This document shows, one piece after another, positions 20,328 through 30,826 of a stretch of DNA of 64,000 nt. This DNA comes from an uncultured Acidobacteriota bacterium (GTDB taxonomy: Bacteria > Acidobacteriota > Polarisedimenticolia > J045). The notes below the pieces were generated by a model, which worked only from the letters and a program-made list of their open reading frames with translations, did not search any database and was not told the origin of the DNA. A program made the position numbers and the translations under genes. The stretch spans positions 112,704 to 176,703 of the forward strand of contig CAVPCQ010000019.1 in NCBI GenBank assembly GCA_963702425.1. The letters are read 5' to 3'. The stretch's first letter is position 1; each line of letters starts with the position of its first letter.

Positions 20328-20343
20328 AGCAATAATGATGCCA
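20328..20343 (-). promoter_or_regulatory. Sigma-54 (-24/-12) promoter for the beta-helix gene
   Basis: TGGCATCATTATTGCT on the minus strand (GG-N10-GC); GGGAGG RBS and GTG start just downstream. Confidence 0.65.
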
Positions 20344-20708
20344 GCATTATGTACCGCCCTGCATGGCTCGTCCAGCGCCAAGGAAATCGAAGCACTCTTA
20401 CGATCTCGTACCCATGAACGCGGTTTCGTGCTGGATCGCGCGAGAGATCCGGGAGGGCCAGGCGGCGCCCAGACGGTATCGCTACCGGCAAGTGCGAGGC
20501 CACGAGCCCAGTTCCTCCCCGTTCTCCGGATACCTCAGGGCGCGACGAGGGGGCAACCCGTGGTGGACGAACTCCAGGACCATCACCGCCAGTCTGGCGA
20601 CGACTACGCTTTCACGCACGGCGGCCTCCTCGGCCAACTCGCTCCCCCACCGTGACACCGTGTCCGGCCGGCGAGCCGCAAGAGAACGCAACGATCAGGA
20701 CGAGACCC

Positions 20709-22391
20709 TCATTCTTCGGCGCCCTCAAAGCAGAGCTTCTCCGACATCTTGGCATCCGTCGCGGAGGGCGGCCCGGCGGGAGAATCGGCCCATTCTGCGT
20801 CAGGCTGGGCCTCGTAGAAGGTGTACTGTCCCACGCGCCACGAGGACAGTCTCGTCCATCGGCGGAACACCTCGACGGCCTCGGAAGGGGTGGTGGGCAC
20901 CTCCCGGAGGCTCCAGTCGATGCCGCCCGGAGTCGGTTCCCCCAGCAGGTCGGAGAGCACGCAAACCTTTCCTCCTCGCGCACGGGTGGCGGCCACAATC
21001 CGGAGCTTCGGTAGCCAGGATTCGCGACCGAACGTCTGTGCCTCCCGGGACACGTTGAACAGGCGGATGCCGCTGAAGTAGAGAGTCGGCGCCCAGACGT
21101 CCGCATGAAGTGCTGCCCACCCACGATCAGGAGCGAACCTCTCGGGTTCCGTTTCAAAGCCTCGCGTCCCAGGGTAGTCCGGAGGCCGCCCTCGCGGGCG
21201 AGGATCGGAACGAGTCCCGTGCCCACGTTGGTAATCCCTAACGCCACGAGTGCCACTGCAGGTAGCGCAAGATTGCGCGTGTGGCTCTTCCACGCAGCCT
21301 GGATGCCTGCAACTAAGAGCAGGGAGATAAGCGGGAGGCTAGGCGCGAACCTCTCGATGTCCGAACCCTGATAGGACGCCGCAAAGAGGGCGTTGAATAG
21401 AACGGCGGGGGCGGCGCAGGCCGAGAACCGGACCAGGGCATCTCCCTCCGGGACAGGGACTGTACGATCCCGAAGCCTGCGAAGAGGACCCCCACACCCA
21501 GAAGCGTCGCCCAGCACAGTCCCCAGATGAGTATCGGCCCGTCGACGAGTTGCGGGTCATTCAGGATCAGGCCCTTGGCGCTGGTGCCGAACTCCCCGAG
21601 ATGCAGGAATGCGGCAATGAACCCGAAAACGGCACGAAAGACGCCCACCACACTAAGAGCCGGGGCGACCCCGTGGCTGCTCGACCACAACCATGTCGCG
21701 AACCCCGAGATGGTAGTCGCGGGCTGAGAGACGACGTATCCAACAGAGGCCAGGGCGCCGATCGACCCAGTCGTGAGCCCTCCCAGTAGGGCAGAGCGCA
21801 CGAGCCTCCGCCATACAGAACCTTCGGAGAAGACGAACGCGCAGATGACCAGGCTCGGGAGCAGCAGGGGCGCCGTCCCCAGGTTCCCCATGAAAGGGTC
21901 ATCAGGCCCGCACTGGCAAGCCCCAGCCCCCAGGACCACGGACGTCCTTCCGGATGGGCCAGTGCCGAGATGGCAGCCAACGCCAGGGCCGGCCCGGTGC
22001 TGTATGGGGTTCCCGATCCGCCATACCAGAGAGCGAACTGCGACAGGGCAACGATCGCCGCCGCCGGGAGGCCCGCCCGGTCCAGGCCGAAGCGGGCGGC
22101 GGTCCTGTACGTCACGCCGACGAGGAGCACGGTACCGACGGAGCTCATCACCCGCAGGAGTAGGATGGGATCGACGTCGCACCCCGCGGCCCGTAGTACC
22201 CGGAACAGGATGTGGCCGGATGCTTGCCACAGCAGATGGCCGGAGTCCACGCGGCCGGCGGTGATGTCCCATGCGTACCATGGCGCGTCGCTGTACCAGT
22301 AGGGGTTGAGCACGTAGAAGGCCGCTGCTAACACGACGGCGAGGATCGAAAAGCGCCAAGCTCTCCCTCCCATTGCGGCACCCTCCTTCAT
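20709..22391 (-). pseudogene. Polytopic membrane protein, possibly GT-C fold, multiply frameshifted
   Basis: YWYSDAPWYA...DSGHLLW followed by TM helices spread over at least four ORF fragments. Confidence 0.5.
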
Positions 22392-22859
22392 CTTGCGGGA
22401 ACCTGTGGCGAAGCGGTCGCCGCAACCGTGCGGCGTCCCACAACTCGCGACACTCGCTCCTCCTCAGGGCACCGACCGTGATGCACGTTGGGGGCACCAG
22501 AAGCAGGAGAAGTCCCGGCCGCACCTCGGGGCCCCAGCCCTCGGCCACCGGTACGGCCATCGAGCCGGCGAAACCCACGGCGGCCGACGCCCCCATCGGC
22601 CCGCCCGGGCCGCCGCTCTACATTTCGACGCGCTACTCACCTTCGGCCTCCCACCACTTCTGCGCGGCCAGAGCCGCAGAGGGGACGGCGCGCTCACGGG
22701 CGGATGAGTCATCGAACATGCCCTTCTCCCGCGTTCGGAGGATACGGCGAATCCTCGACAGGGAGAACCTGATCCGACTTTCGGCGGACCCTGTAGTCAG
22801 CGGTACTCGGCGGATCCGTCCCGATTGCGGTGGAAAAAGGAAAGTGGCGTAACCTCCTG

Positions 22860-23945
22860 CTAGTGTGGTGATTCATTCTTGGCTTTACAACGAGCGATCT
22901 TGCGTAGGATGCTTGCCGCCGACGCGGTCCAGATGAATGGCTTGGGGTCGCGGTTATTGTGCCTGATGAAGTCGTTGATCGCGCGAACCAGCGAGGGCAC
23001 GTTCCTGAACGTCCCGCGGCGGATGCGTTTGCGTGTGATCTCCGCGAACCAGCGTTCGACGAGGTTGAGCCACGACGAGCTGGTCGGGATGAAGTGAAGG
23101 TGGAAGCGCGGATGCTGTGCGAGCCACGCGCGAACGACCGGGTGCTTGTGCGTTCCGTAGTTATCGAGGACGAGGTGCAGTTCCCGGCGTCGCGGCGTCG
23201 AGCGGTCGATTTCCTGAAGGAAACTGAGGAAGTCCGCGTGCTTGTGGGCTGGCTTGCAGCTCCCGATGACGTTCCCGTCGAGGACATTGAGCGCGGCGAA
23301 CAGTGTTGTGGTTCCATGACGCACGTAGTCGTGCGTCCGGGTCGTCGGCCGACCCGACATCATTGGCAGAGCGGGCTGGGTGCGATCGAGAGCTTGGACC
23401 TGGCTTTTTTCGTCCACACACAGGACGAGCGCCTTGTCCGGGGGGTCCAGATAGAGGCCGACGACATCGCGCAGCTTCTCGATGAACGCGGGATCGCGGC
23501 TCAGCTTGAACGTCTTCACCCGATGCGGCTGCAGGCCATGCGACTGCCAGATGCGGACTACCGTCGATTGACTCACGCGTTGCGCCTTGGCCATCGCGCG
23601 CGTACTCCAGTGCGTCGCGTCCTTGGGCACCGTCTGAAGCGTCGCCGTCACGATCGCGTCGACTTTCCGCGCACCGATGGGCCGCAGTCCTCCTCCCCGG
23701 CGCGGTTCGTCCTTCAGCAGTCCTCGAACTCCACTCGCTGCGAAGCGCTGCCGCCAGCGAAACACCGTGGGTCGGGACACACCCAACCGTTTCGCGAGGG
23801 CGTTGTTCGACTCCCCCGCGGCCGCCCCGAGCGCGATCGCGGCGCGCACGGCGATTCGCTGCTGTGTCCGGCCATTGTTCACCATGGCCTCCAGCAATGC
23901 ACGCTCGCCGCGGGGTACCTTCAGAGATTCCGCTGGGCTCCACAT
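22860..23945 (-). CDS. IS630 transposase (intact)
   Basis: LCVDEKSQVQAL, HDYVRHGT, VLDNYGTHK, SSSWLNLVERWF. Confidence 0.95.
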   Translation of the reverse strand: MWSPAESLKVPRGERALLEAMVNNGRTQQRIAVRAAIALGAAAGESNNALAKRLGVSRPTVFRWRQRFAASGVRGLLKDEPRRGGGLRPIGARKVDAIVTATLQTVPKDATHWSTRAMAKAQRVSQSTVVRIWQSHGLQPHRVKTFKLSRDPAFIEKLRDVVGLYLDPPDKALVLCVDEKSQVQALDRTQPALPMMSGRPTTRTHDYVRHGTTTLFAALNVLDGNVIGSCKPAHKHADFLSFLQEIDRSTPRRRELHLVLDNYGTHKHPVVRAWLAQHPRFHLHFIPTSSSWLNLVERWFAEITRKRIRRGTFRNVPSLVRAINDFIRHNNRDPKPFIWTASAASILRKIARCKAKNESPH

Positions 23946-24004
23946 GCCGCGATGGTACTAGCCCACCCGGCTTATTGCAACCTCAAGAATGACTCATTAC
24001 ACTA
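22861..24004 (-). mobile_element. IS630-family IS
   Basis: IRs TAGTGTGGTGATTCATTCTT / AAGAATGACTCATTACACTA with TA at both ends. Confidence 0.92.
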
Positions 24005-24074
24005 GCGAAGCAGTTCGCCCGAGAAGGGCGAGGAGGGTTGCGCCATTAAGGACGGTATCACGACTGAGGCGGAG

Positions 24075-24288
24075 GTGGTGTCGTTCCGCCGGAACCTGCG
24101 GCAGCTGGTGAAGGATCGGATCCGGGAGGCGATCGAGGTCGCCCTGGACGAAGAGCTGGGCGAGGCACTGGGGGCGCCGAAGTCGGGCCGAACGGCCAGC
24201 CGACGGGGCTACCGGCACGGCACGGAAGAGCGGCTGGTGACCACGGAAGCGGGCAGCCGGACGCTGCGCGTGCCGCGGGGTCGGATGC
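24075..24288 (+). pseudogene. IS256-family transposase N-terminal fragment
   Basis: IEVALDEELGEALG...RRGYRHG...TEAG..TLRVPRGR, cut by the TGT end at 24289. Confidence 0.7.
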
Positions 24289-25295
24289 TGTAACCCGTCA
24301 CATTCTGCTGCGGCCGGATGGCCTGCAGGTCTGCGCGACAGATTGTTGGATGGCATGCCTTGCAGCGTGACCGCCGGCTTGCGGCTTGCAAGCAGCGCAG
24401 CGTGATCTTCAGCGTTGCGGCGGATTCGGGCGCTCGCAGCGGGCGGCGGCGGAAAGAGAAGGCCAGCGTGACGATCGAGGATCCGTCACGCTGGCCTGAA
24501 GCCGCGAGGCTGGTGCGAGCGGTCAGACGGTCTGGGCGTAGGTGCGTCCGATCCAGCGACGGAGGGCGCCGCGCGGATTGCGGGCGAGAGCGAGGCTCTG
24601 GTTGGCGTGGTACCAGCGGAAGCGTTTGATCTGCTCGAGGAGGTCGAGCAGCGGGAAGTCGTCGAGCAACTCGTCGACGAAGGGTCCATCGACGTGTTCG
24701 TCGAAGGGGTAGCCGGGGAGGCGCTCGGCGAGGTAGCTCAGGATGCGTTCGCGCTCGTCATCGTCGGGGAGTTCGTGGACGGTCATCAGGCGATCTCCTT
24801 GGCGGCGGCGACGACGTCGTCGAGTTCGACGAGGTCCTTGCTCTGGGCCGCGGCGTTGTACAGGGCGGTGAGGGCGAGGTTGTTGATCGCGCGCGGGACG
24901 CCGCCGGACTGGACGAAGAGTTGGAGGGTGGCTTCGTCGGTGAAGAGCCGTTGTTTGCGGCCGGCGAGGCGCAGGTGGTGTTCGATGTAGCCCTTGGTGT
25001 GGTGTTCGTCGAGCGGGGGCATGCGGTAGCGCATGGCGACGCGCTGCCGGAAAGGGAGGTGGACGCGGAGGGCGAGCTTGGCCAGGAGCTGGGGCTGCCC
25101 GGCGAGGACGGTGATGAGGGGGTCCTTGGAGTCCATCTCGAAGTTGAGCAGGATGCGCAGCTCGTCGAAGAGCGGGGAGCGGAGCAGATCGGCCTCGTCG
25201 AGGACGACGACGGGGATCTTGCCCTGGGCGGCGAGCTGGGCGACTCCTTTCTGGATTTCGTCGAAGAGCAGGCTCTTGCCGCGGACGTCCTGTCC
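24289..25295 (-). mobile_element. Second, partial copy of the four-gene transposon (ATPase 3' part, small ORF, right end)
   Basis: Reverse-complement match to about 15664-16658, with substitutions and a diverged stretch in the end region. Confidence 0.9.
24523..24786 (-). CDS. 87-aa small ORF, second copy
   Basis: MTVHELPDDDERERILSYLAERLPGYPF...RRWIGRTYAQTV. Confidence 0.75.
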   Translation of the reverse strand: MTVHELPDDDERERILSYLAERLPGYPFDEHVDGPFVDELLDDFPLLDLLEQIKRFRWYHANQSLALARNPRGALRRWIGRTYAQTV

Positions 25296-25930
25296 GCCGC
25301 GGCGACGGCTCGTCCGGGCGCCTGCTCGCCCGGCTCGCCAAGCTCGATCTGCTGGTGATCGACGACTGGCTGCTCTCGCCGCTCCAGGACGCCGAGCGCC
25401 GCGACCTGCTCGAGGTGATCGAGGACCGTGCCGAGCGCGGCTCGACACTCCTAGCCGGCCAGCTCCCGGTCAAGGCCTGGCACGAGGTGATCGGCGAAGC
25501 GATGCTCGCCGAGGCGATCCTCGACCGCCTCGTCAACCGCGCGCACAAGATCGATCTCAAAGGACCCTCGCAACGCGAGATCCGCAGTCCCCTCCGCGGT
25601 GGAGACAAGGCCCGATGACCGTCGCTTCGCTCCGACCCCGCGCTCACGCGCGCTGGCCTGTGGATCCTGGCGGGGCCGTGGAAAACGCATGACACCGCGT
25701 TTCCCACCGCCCCTTGGACGGCGCGAACCACCGCGCCGCCCACAGGCCCCACAGGCCCTGCTGCTGCCCTCGCTTCAACCGACCGAAATCCCGCGTTAGA
25801 ATCGCCCGAGCTTCGACAGGAGGCGAAACCAGAACGAACCGACCGTCGCTTCGCTCCGACGCGTGCTCACGATCAACGGAATGGGTGATCACGATCCCGG
25901 ATCAGGCGCTCACGATCGCCGGAACCGCCA
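25296..25930 (+). mobile_element. IS21 istB C-terminal fragment and right end
   Basis: LAKLDLLVIDDWLL...EAILDRLVNRAHKIDLKGPS; ends ...CCGGAACCGCCA. Confidence 0.85.
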
Positions 25931-25934
25931 ATAA

Positions 25935-26369
25935 TTGCGGAAGTCCACGGCCCGGCAGCACAGGAACACCCGGTGCCGCCCCCCGAGACTCAGCATCCGG
26001 CGTCGAGCACCTGGAGCAGCCGAGCGAGATGCTCCTCGTCGAAGCCGCACGGCACTGTCACGCGGCGGCCGGAGCGCGTCACGACCTCGAACGGTGTCGT
26101 GCCCGGCGGCGTCACGATTTCCACCGCGGCGAAGGTGTCGGCGGCCATCCGAGTGCCGGGACCCGGCGCCCGCCGGAGGCGTCGCTGCCACCAGCGCAGC
26201 GTCCAGACCGGCACCCCAGAGCGGCGCGACAACTCCGCCCAACTCCAGCCCCCGCGCTCGCGGCGCGACAACCATGACCTCATCCGCTCCGGATCTTGGC
26301 GTCGTCTCATGACGGCCACGATCCCTCAGGGCGCGCGTCAGGGAAAGACGGGCATCACACGACGGTTAC
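25935..26369 (-). mobile_element. IS66 type B left end, tnpA (25990-26319) and truncated tnpB
   Basis: GTAACC terminus; tnpA ends RRVTVPCGFDEEHLARLLQVL; tnpB MLSLGGRHRVFLCCRAVDFR. Confidence 0.85.
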
Positions 26370-26625
26370 GGTCTGATGGTGGCAGGCGGGAGTCGCCTGG
26401 AAGCACGCGGCCGTCGCGTGGTCTCCCTCAGAGCGCCCCGTTGCCCCCTGCTTTCAGACGACACTCGCGACCGAGTCGGAAAAAGTTGCCCACAGGACAT
26501 CTCGCCCGGTGGGTCAAGTCGGCCCGACGCCGGTGCGGGGGGCGTCCTACGGCGCAGGCTCCTAGCCGGCAGAAGCAAGTGTCGTAGCGCAGGGCTGATC
26601 TCAAGCGCCGCCGTCACTCATCCAC

Positions 26626-27975
26626 TTACCGTCGTTCCATTTCGTTGATAACGAATCGATGCTTGCCCGCCGTCGTGCGCTCGATCGCTGGTACCGCACG
26701 GAGCGTCAGGTGCACACCTGGGCCGGTCAGCGCTGATAGTCGCGGTTGCAACTCGACGGCCAAGGCGTCGAGGCGCTCGCGGACCCCCGTCTCTTGGGCC
26801 GGTACGATGAGCAGGTCGATCTGGTCGGGTCTCGACTGCCGGAACTGGAAGTGACGAATCCAATCCTGACCATACAGCAGGCGTACGAAAAAAGTCGGGA
26901 AGATCTTACGTCCGTCGGGCGCGCGGAAAAAGTCGCCTTGGCGGCCGACGCCCATCTCCATCAGGGGGTAGCCGCGCCCGCAAGGGCAGCGGCCCGATTT
27001 CGCGGCGCCGAGATCGCCCAGGTCGTAGCGAAGCAGCGGCTGTGCCGGGTTGTGCAGCGGCGTCACCACGATGTGCCGCGCGCTGCTCTCACCCTCGGGA
27101 TCTCCGACGAACTCCACCCGATTGAGGCCTGAGAACACATGCATGTTTCCTGCAGGACACTCGCAGGAGACACCAGGCGCTTCGCGACAGCCGTATTGAT
27201 CGAAAACCGGACAACCGAAGGCCCGGGAAATGACAGCCCGGAACTCGGGCAGCAGAGGTTCTGCGGAGCAGTAGACCCCTTTGAGTCCCGTTGGCTTCAG
27301 GCCGCGCGCCAGCACCCAGCGCGCGAAATCGGCCGCGACGGAAGCGTAGGCGTAGACGACCGTGGGACGGAAGCGCTCCATTGTCTGCCACCACGATTCG
27401 ATCGCGCGATCGTCGTATGCGTAGACCGGGAGGTTGACCTGACCGCGGAGCCTTCGCTGCCAGGCACGCCAGCCGCCGGTACCAGGGACGTAGTTGCCTT
27501 GGCCGCCCCACAGGCCGAGACAGACCTCGCCCTGCCTCCAGCCACACCACGTGAAGCAGTGGATCAGGAACGCTTCAGCGACATCGAAGAGCAGGTCCGA
27601 AACCAGGAAGTTGACAGGCTGTCCCGTCGATCCACCACTAGACATCTTGCGAGCCGCCGTGGAGGATTCATTCTCCGGCTTGAGATCATCAAAACAGCTG
27701 CGCAAGGTCTCGCGCGTCAGCACGGGCAGTCTCTCCCAGTCGGTGGGGAAGTGCATCGTACGCGGATCGAGACCGAGCTCACGGAAGAGGTGCCTGTAGT
27801 AGGGCACTTCGACCGCCGCGTAGCTGGCGACGCGCCGTGCCAGCTCGTCGCCGTAGGTGGATAACTGGTCCTCCGGCCACCATTGGTGCGTCTCCAGGTT
27901 CGCGACCAGGCGAGCGACCCGGGGTTGCCTCCACCGGAAGACCATGGTCGACAGCTGTTCGAAGCTGTGACTCAT
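26626..27975 (-). CDS. Phenylacetate-CoA ligase/CapK-like adenylating enzyme
   Basis: SSGGSTGQP, DQYGCRE, PLLRYDLGD, GKHRFVI. Confidence 0.85.
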   Translation of the reverse strand: MSHSFEQLSTMVFRWRQPRVARLVANLETHQWWPEDQLSTYGDELARRVASYAAVEVPYYRHLFRELGLDPRTMHFPTDWERLPVLTRETLRSCFDDLKPENESSTAARKMSSGGSTGQPVNFLVSDLLFDVAEAFLIHCFTWCGWRQGEVCLGLWGGQGNYVPGTGGWRAWQRRLRGQVNLPVYAYDDRAIESWWQTMERFRPTVVYAYASVAADFARWVLARGLKPTGLKGVYCSAEPLLPEFRAVISRAFGCPVFDQYGCREAPGVSCECPAGNMHVFSGLNRVEFVGDPEGESSARHIVVTPLHNPAQPLLRYDLGDLGAAKSGRCPCGRGYPLMEMGVGRQGDFFRAPDGRKIFPTFFVRLLYGQDWIRHFQFRQSRPDQIDLLIVPAQETGVRERLDALAVELQPRLSALTGPGVHLTLRAVPAIERTTAGKHRFVINEMERR

Positions 27976-29153
27976 CTCATCGACTCCCGGCCCTGCGCGG
28001 CGCCAGACGTTCCCCGCTCGTACAGCTCCTCGTAGCGGCGGACAACCTGGTCGAGCGCAAACCCCTCCAGCACCGAATTCCGCGCATGGCGTGAAAGCCG
28101 TGCGCGAAGCTCCCCGTCGTCGAGCAGACGCGCCAAAGCGGCGGCAAGCGCCGGAGGATCCCCCGGAGGAACCAGCAGACCGTCTTCGCCATCGCGGACG
28201 ACCTCTGAGATCGCTCCGACCCGGGTGGCCGCGACCGGCAGCCCCGAAGCCATCGCTTCGAGGACGACGATCGGCAGTCCCTCTCGCCGCGAGGACAGCA
28301 CGAAGACATCCGCGGCGCGCAGCAGCTCAGGCACGTCGGTGCGACTGCCACAGAATGCCACGCAATCCGACAGGCCGCGACCGGCCGCTTCGCGCGCCAG
28401 AACCTCACGCAGTTCCCCGTCACCGACCAAGAGCAGATCGACCGCGCGGCCCGCGGAGCGTAGAAGCGCCAACGCGGAGAACAACGAGGGGTAGTCCTTC
28501 GCTTCCACGAGCCTTCCCACGCTGATCAGACGTCCTCCGGCGGGACGCCCTGCTGCCCCGGACGACCCACGCGAGCCCCCGTCGGCCGGGTGGAACACCG
28601 ACGTATCCACACCGTTCGGGATGACCCGGACAGCTTTCGTCGGCACCCGCAGCTCGCGGACGAAGTACTCTTTCAGCTCGTGCGAAACCGTGACCAGAAA
28701 GTCGGCGTGGCGCGCGGCATGACGACAACCGTCCTGCAATCGCAACGAACGGGAGATCGAGTACTTTGCGTGCTCCGTGCATCCCACGATCGGAATGCGA
28801 GCCCAGCGAGCCGCGCGCCAGATGTAGGTGTAGAGGGGGATGTGGTGGATGTGAAGAACGTCCAGACGGAGCCAGCGCAGGCGCGCCGCGAGATAGAGTG
28901 GGTTCGCGAACCGGCGCACGCCGCAGTTGTGCAGCTGGTAGAAACGCAGTGAGCGTTGTGTGAGGTAGTCCGGTAGCGGCCCAGGCCCCGGGAACATCAT
29001 CAGAATGCAGGACTCGAACCGAGACCGATCGAGGCGCCGGCAGATCTCGGCCGCGGCCGTTTCGGAGCCCCCCAGATTCTCGCTGTATACAAGGTGAGCC
29101 ACCCGACATTTCCGGCGCGGCGGGCCAATTGCATTCGGGTCCGCAGACATCAC
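27972..29153 (-). CDS. GT4 glycosyltransferase
   Basis: VIPNGVD, VGRLVEAKD, SRREGLPIVVLEAMASG. Confidence 0.9.
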   Translation of the reverse strand: MMSADPNAIGPPRRKCRVAHLVYSENLGGSETAAAEICRRLDRSRFESCILMMFPGPGPLPDYLTQRSLRFYQLHNCGVRRFANPLYLAARLRWLRLDVLHIHHIPLYTYIWRAARWARIPIVGCTEHAKYSISRSLRLQDGCRHAARHADFLVTVSHELKEYFVRELRVPTKAVRVIPNGVDTSVFHPADGGSRGSSGAAGRPAGGRLISVGRLVEAKDYPSLFSALALLRSAGRAVDLLLVGDGELREVLAREAAGRGLSDCVAFCGSRTDVPELLRAADVFVLSSRREGLPIVVLEAMASGLPVAATRVGAISEVVRDGEDGLLVPPGDPPALAAALARLLDDGELRARLSRHARNSVLEGFALDQVVRRYEELYERGTSGAAQGRESMR

Positions 29154-29196
29154 TCCGTCCGTCTGTCCAGCGCGAGTATCTCCTCGCCGAACCGTT

Positions 29197-29850
29197 TCAG
29201 CTCGGCGTCCCCGGCGGTGGAGAGCCGGGTCCAGCGCTCTCCCTCGCGGCGACCGACGGGGCCGCGTCGAGCGAGACCTTGCGGGCCGGGTTGCCCATCA
29301 CGGTGATGTCATCCACCACGGGACGCTGCACCACGCTCCCGGCGCCGACGGTGCAGTTGCAGCCCACATCGGCCATGATCACCGCATCCTGCCCGATCCA
29401 TGAGTTCCGGCCGATCCGGATCGTTTCGAACTGCTCGCCGACCTCATTGCCCCGCGAACGCTGCTCGGGGCGACCGTGCTGGTACTTGCCGGAGAGCACC
29501 GAGACACGGGCACCGAAGAGCACATCCTGCCCGATCTGGGAGTAGCCGATTATGGAAAACGCGCCGACCACGGTCCTCGGGCCAATCGACACGTTGCGAT
29601 GGGCCAGCATGGTGCCGAAGTTCAGCACCGCGTCCGGCGACACGTCGACGCAGCTGGACCAATAGTATGCCGCACGGAGGTAGACACCGAGGGGCGTCGG
29701 CACGAGACAGAGCAACTCCTTGCATGCGCCGAAAACCCGTTCTGTCTCGGGACCCAGCACGAGCTTCTCGATCCAGGTCAGCAGAACCAGCGGTGACAAG
29801 ATCGACCAAGCCAGGCCGAACAGGATCCGCTTCGAGATAGTCCGCAACAC
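29197..29850 (-). CDS. Hexapeptide-repeat (LbH) acyltransferase
   Basis: IRIGRNSWIG, VGAGSVV, VMGNPAR; start uncertain. Confidence 0.8.
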   Translation of the reverse strand: MLRTISKRILFGLAWSILSPLVLLTWIEKLVLGPETERVFGACKELLCLVPTPLGVYLRAAYYWSSCVDVSPDAVLNFGTMLAHRNVSIGPRTVVGAFSIIGYSQIGQDVLFGARVSVLSGKYQHGRPEQRSRGNEVGEQFETIRIGRNSWIGQDAVIMADVGCNCTVGAGSVVQRPVVDDITVMGNPARKVSLDAAPSVAARESAGPGSPPPGTPS

Positions 29851-29884
29851 TAGATCGAGCCTCCTGGACCGCGGCAAGCGCCTG

Positions 29885-30796
29885 TCATGATTGCGGCCCG
29901 GGAGAGCCGGCACGCAAAGTCGCGGCCAGGAATCGCACGAACTGCGGGGCGATGATCCGGCGGCCCCGCTCGTCGAGGTGGGCCCCATCGCCCGTGTAGG
30001 CCGGGGAGAGGGCGATCACCGTCCGCCCCTTTGCGGACGTTGATTCGAGCACGCCGTCAGGACCGGTGGCCTCGATTTTGGCCAGATCGAAAAGCGGTTC
30101 GCGGCCGTCGTACTCCCGCCTGAGGAGATCGTTGTAGGCTTCCCGCTGGACGTTGAAGTCCTGCGTCGTCGGCCGGCCGAGAGCGCGCTTGGCGGCGGTG
30201 CGCCACCAGGGCTCGCGGGACTCAAGCGGCACCGTGACATGGAACAAGCGCAGATTGGGATACCGGCTCCGGAGATCCGAGGCCATCTCTCTGTAGCGCC
30301 GGAACAACGCCTCGACATCGGTGTCCGGCCTGAAGTCAGCGTAACAGAGCTTCAGGCCGGCCAGCTCGAAGGCCGAAGCCCGCCCCGCATCAAGCCGGTG
30401 AGCGAAGTCAGCCATCTTGCCTGCCGGATCACCGTTGCGACCGACCGTGAAGTGGTAGACGCCCGCGGCCGCGCTCGGAGCCGACGGCTCCAGGCCGATC
30501 AGCGCAGGCGGAGCCTGCGAGGTCGGTCGAATCTCCTCGATTCCGCGGAGAATGTTGCTCCCCACCGACTGGTGTCCGAACAAGACTCGCCGGCCGGCGA
30601 GATCCTCCCAGATCGCAGTCGGGAGGGCCTCGGTCGCCTCCGCGTGTCCATCAGTACGCACAGCGGTCCCCTTATCGCAACCTGCAGTCAGCGCTACCGC
30701 AAGCAGCATCAGGAAGCTCAGACACGTGGCGCCCGCGCCAGTGCGCCCGCACGCGACCGCAGCGGAGAATGCTGGGGTACGAGAACGTCTCTCCAT
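29885..30796 (-). CDS. Putative lipoprotein with SGNH-like fold
   Basis: LTAGC lipobox; FGHQSVGSNI, KLCYAD, DGAHL. Confidence 0.6.
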   Translation of the reverse strand: MERRSRTPAFSAAVACGRTGAGATCLSFLMLLAVALTAGCDKGTAVRTDGHAEATEALPTAIWEDLAGRRVLFGHQSVGSNILRGIEEIRPTSQAPPALIGLEPSAPSAAAGVYHFTVGRNGDPAGKMADFAHRLDAGRASAFELAGLKLCYADFRPDTDVEALFRRYREMASDLRSRYPNLRLFHVTVPLESREPWWRTAAKRALGRPTTQDFNVQREAYNDLLRREYDGREPLFDLAKIEATGPDGVLESTSAKGRTVIALSPAYTGDGAHLDERGRRIIAPQFVRFLAATLRAGSPGPQS

Positions 30797-30826
30797 AGTC
30801 TGGCGATCCTACCTGCCGGAACGCGA

